DNA of 64,000 nucleotides from Octopus vulgaris (taxonomy: Eukaryota): positions 10,044,001 through 10,108,000 of the forward strand of contig OX597839.1 in the NCBI GenBank assembly GCA_951406725.2, in the 5' to 3' direction. Shown piece by piece: positions 11,401-21,919 of the stretch (position 1 is its first letter; every line of letters starts with the position of its first letter). The position numbers and the translations under genes are program-made. Below the pieces are notes generated by a model that was not told where the DNA came from, ran no database searches, and saw only the letters and a program-made list of their open reading frames with translations.

Positions 11401-14400
11401 GAAAAGATCCGGGCCAGATATGGCAGGTTTAAATGGTAAAGTGTTAACCCATCTCAGAAAAAAAAAATATCTATAAATATAAAATGTTGATGATAATTTC
11501 TATTTATCCCTACAGGAATCAGCACTAGTGTTGCTCCGATGTATCTGAATGAGATTGCTCCAGTCCACCTACGAGGTTTCATCTCCACAATCAATCAGAG
11601 TGCCATTTTGTTAGGGATTATCATGGCACAGATAGTGGGTCTGCATAGTGTTTGGGGCAAGGAGGAGATATGGCCCCTCATTTTTGGTATGTACACTCTC
11701 AACCATTTTTTACTTATTGACTCCTTGATTTCTGTCTTTCTCAGGTGGACCAACCTATCCATTCAGTGTTTAAAAAATCCTATTATATTTATATAATGAA
11801 ATATTATTAGGAATTGTATAAAAATAATTATTAAAATATTTTGTGTATTATAGAAGTATAAGCAATCTATTACACATAAATTTTAATAACAAAATCTTAT
11901 ATAGACTCTGATTGAGAACCACTGATCTAAATAATTATCCATCCATCCATCTTCTCTGCCCACTATTTCTTGGAGGGTCATGGTGTGGTTGCAGTTGAGT
12001 TCTAAAGTGCCTTTGTAGGGTCCTATCAGAAACAATCATCATTACACTTTCCAGTTGGATTCTTAAGCAGTCATAGGGTTGTAGAATCAGGGTTTGATGT
12101 GGGGCTTAGCAATAGCAACAGCAAATGTGTTATCTATGAAGGGTCACTTAACCTGCTAGAAATTGCAACCAAATTTTCCTCAAATTAAATCCGCAGTTTT
12201 TAGAAAAGAAAGAACACTCACAGCAAATAAAGCAGTTCTAAATGATGTTAGGGCACTCAAAACCAGAATGCTGTTGATCATAGGTTTACTCAATAAGGCT
12301 AAGTGGAAATCATCATCATCATCGTTTAGCGTCCGCTTTCCATGCGTTGGACGGTTCAACTGGGGTCTGGGAAGTAAGAAGGCTGCACCAGGCCCAGTCT
12401 GATCTGGCAATGTTTCTACGGCTGGATGTCCTTCCTAACGCCAACCACTCCGTGAGTGTAGTGGGTGCTTTTTACGTGTCAGACGAGGCTGGCAAATGGC
12501 CACGATCGGATAGTGCTTTTTATGTGCCACCGGCACGGGGGCCAGGCGAGGCTGCCAACGGCCATGATTGGATGGTACTTTTTACGTATTCTATACTTAT
12601 CTCACATACTACAATGTAACTGCCCTGTAACTGTTCTGAAAGAACCACTATATGGCAATTCAAGTTGGTCATAAAGTTGCCAGATGTTCCTCAATTCACA
12701 CACATCTTAAAACATGGGTATATTGGTTAATGTAGTTCTAGATACACTGTTTAAAGGAAAGACAGGATGATTGCAGCTAGGATACCTTTAATTATAGGTC
12801 TGTTGGATCTGGGTTGACCTAATGCTAAACAACAACTGCTCCCTGTTTTAACTCCCACAACACAACTCCTTACAAATGTATTGCTCTTTTCTGTATGACT
12901 AATACTTGTGGGTTCATTTTGATAGCTGACCCAGCTGTGAACTTGTGGTTTATGAAATGTGATCTATTTATGAATACATGGATTATGAAAGCCTTTTTAC
13001 TTACGAATATATCTGAGTATTCGTCATTATTATCATTATCATCATCAATATTTAATGTCTGTATCCCATGCAGGCATGGATTGGATGGCTTGATAGGAAC
13101 TGGCAAGGCCAGGCTGTACCAGGCATGATGGTCTGTTTTGGAATGGTTTTTACAGTTTAATGTCCATTGTCCATGCTGGCATGGGTTGGATGGTTTGACC
13201 AGAGCTGGGGAGCTGCACCAAACTGCAGTCTGATTTGCCATGGTTTCTACTGCTGGATGCCCTTTCTAACACCAACCACTTTACAGAATGTGCTGGGTGC
13301 TTTTATGTAGCACTGCACAGGTACTTTTACAAGGCACTGCACAGGTACTTTTACAAGGCACTGCACAAGTGTTTTTACATGGCACCACACAGGCACTATT
13401 ATGTCGCCCCGCACAGGTGCTTTTACGTGGCACCATATGGGCACTTTTATGTGGCACCGCCATGAGTGCTTTACCTCACCAGAAGGACTGGTTTTAACAC
13501 TCCTGCTGTCTTCTTAATGCCAACCACTCTACAGGGTGTGTTGAGTGCTTTATATGTGACACCTTGGTTTTAGGATCTCAATTCTGTTGTGCTGGGCGGG
13601 TCTTCTTCAGTACAACAATGTGGGATGACTGAGTGAATTCATTAAGGGGCGCATTTCCTTATGATATTGTGCTGTGACTTTCTGTCTGTATTTGTAGACT
13701 TGTATCAAATATGAAGTATGAAACCTCAAACCATGTACTATATCTTGAGTATTTTTTCTCTTTGTTCTAGGTCTGTCGGTGTTTCCTCTTATTATTCAGA
13801 TGCTTACACTACCTTGGTGTCCTGAAAGTCCTGCTTATCTCATAAATCGTGATGAAGATGAAGCCGAAGCAGGTACTGCCTTATTCCCTTATTCATATTT
13901 CAAGCCCTTTTACTGACAGAACTTCACTGTAGAATTTCTCAATGAGAATATTGTTTCCTTCCTCCCTCTACAAGGGTGGGCTGAAAAGTTCCTGGCTTTG
14001 GGTAAAAGAAAATACAGGAGTATCAGCTTGATTTTATTCAACATATTCCCCTCTCAGATTCCCACACTTATTGCAGCAGTCCTTCGGTTTTTCTAACCTT
14101 TGTAAAAGAACTCAGAAGGTTGGACCTCCAACCAGGCCTTTTGCAATACCCTTAACCCTTTAGCATTCAGATTATTCTGTCAAATGTAAAGCTTATTTAT
14201 TCACACCATGTAAAATTAATCTTGCATCATTTCATGGCTTTGAGATTTCAATGATGTGATTGTTTATTTTTTAGATGACACAATAAGGTAGCTATGAATG
14301 ACCATATCTGACTAGTTTGAACATAAAATAGGTAGAATATTTTGGTCAGATATTTTTTTTTTTTACTTGTTTCAGTCATTTGACTGCGGCCATGCTGGAG

Positions 14401-17400
14401 CACCGCCTTTAGTCGAGCAGATCGACCCCGGGACTTATTCTTTGTAAGCCCAGTACTTATTCTATCGGTTTCTTTTTGCCGAACTGCTAAGTGACGGGGA
14501 CATAAACACACCAGCATCGGTTGTCAAGCAATGCTAGGGGGACAAACACAGACACACAAACATATACACACACATACATATATATATATATATACATACG
14601 ACAGGCTTCTTTCAGTTTCCGTCTACCAAATCCACTCACAAGGCATTGGTCGGCCCGGGGCTATAGCAGAAGACACTTGCCCAAGATGTCATACAGTGGG
14701 ACTGAACCCGGAACCATGTGGTTGGTAAGCAAGCTACTTACCACACAGCCACTGGCCAGTTTAAAGCTAGAAACTTTCCAGCACCCCTTTGTACATATCA
14801 TATTGTCTGTTGTAATTCTACATGTAATATTGTCCTCTCTTCTATATTTCAGCCTTGGTTTGGTTACGAGGAACCCATGATGTTGGCTATGAATTGGAGG
14901 AACTGAGGACTACAAAAGAGGAAGCCCGACACAAACCACAAGTAAACTCTTAAATGAACTTCATACACAAATTACTACCCTACTTCCTCCATTGAGCCCA
15001 TTCTTACCCCAGTTTCCCTATCTACTAATGCATTCTACCATCAGCACAACTTGTTATCAGCTCCCTACATTGAGCTGGGACATTTACCAGTTTTGTTTCT
15101 GTCTCTCTTCCACCAGTATCTCATTTATTTCACAACCAACTTCCTCTCAAAGACCAGAGCCCATAAACTCTACCAACTGTTCTCCCCCACTCCAAACTGC
15201 TCCTATCATACAATCCTACCCTCATCATACTTTTACCACAGTGGTGATTCTACCATCTGGCCTACAACTTCCTGAAGTTGAATGTTCAGTCCTTGATAAG
15301 GGTCTCTGTTTCATGCTCTTCACTCAATCTGTAAACAAATTCCAAAGTCAAAGAGATAGCAAACAGTTCCTGGATTGTACGAAACTATTGACCATCATTT
15401 TTTATGACAGTCCAATGGATCTCAGAGACACTTACTTTTTAACTGATTTTGGTTGATGCCTATCACATCTGACACCCCAAGTCAGTGTAAGACTCCTGAT
15501 CTGTTCATCATCATCATCATCATCCTTTAACATCCGTTTTCCGTGCTGGCATGGGTTGGATGATTTGACTAGATCTGACAAGCTGGAGGGCTGCATCAGG
15601 TTGCTGTCTGATTGGCTTGGTTTCTATGTCTGGATGCCCTTCCTAATGCCAACCGCTTTACAATGTGTGCTGTGTGCTTTTCACATGGCACTGGCACAAG
15701 TACTTTTACATGGCACCAGCATGTGTATTTTTTATGTAGCACCAGCACAGGGCTCTTGCAGGCCAATAGGTGGGAGCGGTATATGCTATTGGAATGGGAC
15801 ATCTTCGATTTTAAGAAGCAATTAAGACAGTGAAATGTATCCTGATTGCAACTTGTTATACTCTGCTGTCTTCAACACTGACACATCATTATCATTAAAC
15901 CAGCCAAGAAAATCAGTGTGATGATGTGGTAATTTAACCCTTGCAAAACTGAAGTGCTTTGACAACTTCTTGACCTTCTATTCAACCTCAAATTAGCAAA
16001 TGGCCATGCAGTCCTCACCCCCACCACAACCAATAACTTAAGCTCACCATACACTAACTCATCTCCTTGAGCCAACAGGAACCATGACATAGTTACCCCC
16101 ATCTGCTAAAAATAGCAATCAATTCTCCCTCAAATCACAAACCCTTAACTTAGGCAAGGACATTTTGGATAATATGGTTTGATGTTGCAGTCACATTGAA
16201 AAAACATGAGATGGTTACTGCTGGAATGCTTGCCTGATCAAGGCTGACCTTGGGCTAAACAGTTGCTACAATTCATCTCCTTTCTCTTTCCTTTCACAGT
16301 CACCATAGACCAATTAATTGCATTCTTTCTTATATTCATGAAGTGGCTACCTCTGATTACCCCATCGTTTCCACATATAACTATCCCCACAAACTTATCC
16401 AAATCACATCTTAGTCCAAGATATACTTATGTCTGAGTAAAAGACGAGATAGTCACAGCTGGATCATATTTGATCTGTTGGATCAGGACTGACCTGGAGC
16501 TAAAGAATGAGTGAGGACCTGTTCACTTCATGCTCTTGCTTGATGGGGCTGGGGGTCATCCCAGTTTAAATGTCCCAGGATGTCATCATGCATAGAGCTG
16601 ACCTGGTCCACCAGTGCTCTCCATTGCTGGCAGTCCCATGCCAGCCCCTCTGCATCCTCCAAGGCGATGTCAAGCCTCTGGAGATCTTCCTTAATCATTT
16701 TCCAGCCATTTGGTGTGAAGCCTGCTACAAGGCTTCTTCCAGCCCCACAGTTGCTGCATCAAACAAGAGAAAAGCCCTGGTAGGATGATCTAGCAGGATA
16801 CAGAGGACATGTTTATACCAGTGCATGTGAGTGGAGGCACATGGCCTCGTGATAAGAGCAGCGGACTCGCAGTCGAGGGATCGCTGGTTCGAATCTCAGA
16901 CCGGCCGATGTGTGTGTTTCCGAGCGAAACATCTAAGCTCCACACGGCTCTGGCAGAAGGTAATGGCAAACTTCTGCTGACTCTTTCGCCACAACCTTCT
17001 CTCACTCTTTCCTCCTGCATCTTGCAGCTCACCTGCGACGGACCGGCGTCCCGTCCAGGTGGGGAACCTATACGCCAAGGAAACCAGGAAACCGGCCCTT
17101 ATGAGCAACAGATAGCTATGAGGTGGGAGGCTGCAGGCTGATGCATGCGGGCATGCAGTTCTTTGCTGGAAAGACGATGGTACCAACTGATGTTCTTGAT
17201 GGTTCTCAGGGCTCTACTATCGAAGCTGCCAGGGTCTTTGAGAGGAACCACATTTCTGCTCCATAAAGGAGAATGGAGAAGACCAATGTGTTGTAGATGT
17301 GGAGCTTTGTCTTCTGAGAGATAGAGCAGTGGCCCCAGAGGGGCTTCCATAGGGAGTACATGGTGGCCAGACCACAAGTAAGGATACATAAAGTAGTCAT

Positions 17401-20400
17401 AGATATATGTTTGAATGAAAAGATGCACTGGTTATGGCTGAGACAGATTTGATTGTAGGACTGCTGGGTGAAGGTTGACTCGTGGCTAAACAAAGTAACA
17501 CACTAGATAATGTAGTGTTACACGCACCATGTCAGAATAAAAGATGAAATGGTCACAGTTGGAACAGTTTCATTCTAATAAATAACAACATCAGCTCAAA
17601 CTAATGTTACTATTGGTTACCCCCATCAGTATCTATCTTCTATACTATTGTCTTAATGTCTTCTACAGGTAACCTACATTGATCTGTTTCGAATACCTTA
17701 CCTCCGGAAACCTCTTCTCATCTGTGTCATGATGATGTTATCACAACAACTCTCTGGTATCAATGCTGTGAGTATATTATACTATATTATATTCTATATT
17801 TGATAAAACTCATAAATGAAGTGTGGCTTTGTAAGTGCTAGCATGGCTGTGTGGGTAGATGTTGGCCTCTCAAGCACATGATTCCAGGTTCATTATCACT
17901 GTGTGGCACTTTGGGGCACATTAATATAATGTATATACTAATGTGTCCATCTGCTCTAAGTTAAGTACATTCTATGTATTTGTGCAGCTGAAGATTGCTC
18001 TACATTTTAAATTGATGTAATGATCGCATTGTTCAATTAATTGGAGTTGCATGAAACGATCGTACTGCATTACCTCTGGATATCCTTGTAGCTTATCTTG
18101 ATTATATATATGTGTGTGTGTGTTTGTGTATACATACATGTTTGTATATATACATGTTTGTGTATATATACATGTTTGTGTATATATACATGTTTCTTTG
18201 CATGTGTGTGATAATTGCAGTATCTGTTCTCGAAGTGTTGGTGGTGGTTGTGACAATGGTAGTCTGGTTCATAACCTCAACCATTACTTAACTTACACGC
18301 CTGTCCTTTGTTCACTGTTTCATATCATTCTTGTTACAGGTTGTTTTCTATTCCACGAGAATATTCCAGTCAGTGAATTTATCTGCAAAAGTGGCACAGA
18401 TTGCCTCAATTTTGACTATGGTGCTCAATCTGATGGTTAATTTTGTTTCTGCTTTCCTTGTTGATCGCCTTGGTCGAAAAATCCTCCATCTAGCTGGACT
18501 CTCGGGCATGTTCTTTGCCTCCATCTTCATTGTTGTTGCTAGTGTTTTCAGGGTAAGACATGTTATTTATTCAACCTCTCTCCTTCTCTTCCCATTTAAG
18601 TGAATATCATTAGGTGATAACAAGTGAGACCTGCCCCTATTGGTTTGCTTAACTTGCTCCCTTAAATAACATTATAGCTTACCTTCCAAGAGACTACACT
18701 CCTTTAACTCTCCCCCCAAAGATCTAAGATCTAAGACATTATGTCTTCACTCCTCATCAGTGTGGAGACACATGGCCTAGTGGTTAGAGCAGCGGACTCG
18801 CGGTCAAGGGATCGTGGGTTCGAATCTCAGACCGGACGATGTGTGTGTTTATGAGCAAAACACCTAAGCTCCATGCAGCTCCGACAGAAGGTAATGGCGA
18901 AACTTCTGCTGATACTTTCGCCACAACTTTCTCTCACTCTTTCCTCCTGCATCTTGCAGCTCACCTGCAATGGGCCGGCGTCCCGTCCAGGTGGGGAACC
19001 TATATGCCAAGACCGCGGGAAACTGGCCCTTATGAGCCAGGCATGGCTCGAGAAGGAACAAACAACAAAAAAACTCCTCATCACAGTTGGTCTTGGCTGA
19101 ACCCTATTGTAAACGCTGATGGTGGCGGCGGTGGCTGTTGTTGTTGTTATTATCATTATTGACTTAAATAAAGGGACACATTAATTCTTTAGCACTTAAA
19201 CTAGCCATATCCAGTACAAATTTTCTGTCCATTTTATGTTCGAACCAGCCAGATTCAGCCTCATAAGATATTATGTATGATAAATATTAATGAAAATATC
19301 ATCTAAACAATTTGCCATCTTTGTTCCTTAGGAGAAGTACAGCTGGATGTCCTATCTCACTGTTGCCTGTGTTTGTTTTTATATCATATTCTTTTCTATT
19401 GGACCAGGTAAGATGTCTTCACTTTCTACACATTTTCTGTTTTGTGCTGTTCACTTATGTTGTTACATACACTCCTACCTCTTTGTACAACAGCAATACA
19501 CCTGACTTCTGAGTATCATAATAATAGGACCTCTGTGTGTAACAATGATGTTACACAACTTGTGTGTGCAACATTTGATACACCTTGACTCTGCTTACAG
19601 CATAGGTAAATCTTGACTCTCTGTATTGCACAGATGTAACTTGACTCTGTGTGCAACATTTATGAACCTTGATTCTGTGTGCATCATGGTTGAGAAGTGG
19701 AAGAAAAGACGAGTCTGCAAATATGGTAGAAATAGTTTTGAGAATAGACTAAAAGGATCTGCTGCAGTTTAGGAAGCAAGAGTTTGCAGACTGTGTAATG
19801 CAGGGAGGGCATCCTTTGTGGTTTGGATGATGGCCTTGCAAGTGTTGTGGTGTTTGTGTGTGTGTGGAAAAGGTATCAAAAGTCCTTCCTCAGCCATAGA
19901 CTCATAAGGCCAGTTTCTTGGATTCTGTGGCATATCTATTCTTCCCCTTAATGGGATATCAGTCTATTTCTTATTTCTTTACTGCCCACAAGGGGCTACA
20001 CACGGAGGGGACAAACAAGGACAGACAAATGTATTAAGTCGATTATATCGAAAAAAAAACCCTCCCCAGTGCGTAACTGGTACTTATTTAATTGACCCCG
20101 AAAGGATGAAAGGCAAAGTCGACCTCAGCAGATTTTGAACTTGGAACGTAGCGGCAGACGAAATATTGCTAAGCATGCTAACGTTTCTATTGCAGGATTA
20201 AGTGAAATGGAGTGACCTGAAATAAAGTGTTTTGCTTAAGGACACAACACACCATCCAGTCCAGGAATTGAAATTACAATCCTATGGTCATGAATGCATC
20301 CCCTAACAACTAATCCATACACCTCCACACACACACATATACATATGTGTGCGTATACATACAGACATGGCTGTGTGGTTAAGAAGCAAGCTTCCCAGGC

Positions 20401-20848
20401 ATATGATTTTCATGGCACCTTGAACAAGTGTCTTCCAGTATAGCCCTAGGCTGGCCAAAGTCTTGTAAGTGGATTTGGATGTTGAAAACTAAAAGAAGTC
20501 CATCATGCATTTTTTTCAACCTATATATGTGGAGGCGCAATGGCCCAGTGGTTAGGGCAGCGGACTCGTGGTCGGAGGATTGTGGTTTTGATTCCCAGAC
20601 TGTGCGTTGTGTGTGTTTATTGAGTGAAAACACCTAAAAGCTCCACGAGGCTCTGGCAGGGGGTGGCAGCGACCCGTGTTGTACTCTTTCGCCACAACTT
20701 TCTCTCACTCTCTCTTCCTGTTTCTTAAGTAACACTGCAATAGACTAGCGTCCCGTCCAGCTGGTGGAGAACACATACGCCACAGAAACCAGGAAACTGG
20801 GCCCATAAGCCTGGTTAGGCTTGGAAAGGGCGACATTTATCGTATTAC

Positions 20849-20879
<31 letters not shown>

Positions 20880-21883
20880 TAAAACTAAAGATTACCCACC
20901 AGATTACATAGACTCATTTGTACTGTGTGAATAAAAGGCAGGACATTTTTGATTATGGGTCTTCTGGGTCAGAACTGACTTCTGGCTAAGCAACAACAAC
21001 TTGCTGACTTAACCTGTGCTAACATATAGTTTTGTATTGTCTTACAGGTAGCATACCATGGTTCATTGGAGCAGAACTCTTTCTAACTGGAGCTCGGGAA
21101 TATGCTATGAGTTTAGCTGTCGTTGCCAACTGGCTTGCTAACTTTGCTGTTGGCATTTGTTTCCCATTCATGGATGTAAGTATCTCCAAACTTTTGGAAT
21201 CATTATCACCATTATTATCTGCATCTTTATTATCGTTACAACCATCATCAGCATTATAACAATCATCATCATCATCATAAGCAACATTATTACCACTACT
21301 ACTAACACCATCAATATGATCATTATCATTATCACTACTATTAACATTATCATCATATGTGGTTACAGTTCTTACACACATATATGATTGATTCTCTTGT
21401 GAATGACATACAGCACAGCTCTCATGACTTTCGGAAACATTTTTTCACGCTAAGAGTTGCTGAAGCATGGAACAGACTGCCGGCATCAGTTGTTAGTTGT
21501 CGGAGCACTGCATCCTTCAAAACTTCCATGCTTCCTGAGATTCGCCAACACTACACCTGATTTTCTCCCCTCCATACACACGCAAGCATGTATCTGACTC
21601 ATACACTGTTCGCTTTCCAGACATTTGTACATTACTGCATATACTTTATACGCACTGTTTGACAAGTTGTTGTGCACCTGAGCACTGTATACAATAATTT
21701 CATTATTATTATTTTTTTTTATAAATGGAGTGGCTGTGTGGTAAGTAGCTTGCTAACCAACCACATGGTTTCAGGGTTCAGTCCCACTGCGTGGCATCTT
21801 GGGCAAGTGTCTTTTGCTATAGCCCCGGGCCGACCAATGCCTTGTGAGTGGTTTTGGTAAACGGAAACTGAAAGAAGCCCAAC

Positions 21884-21919
<36 letters not shown>

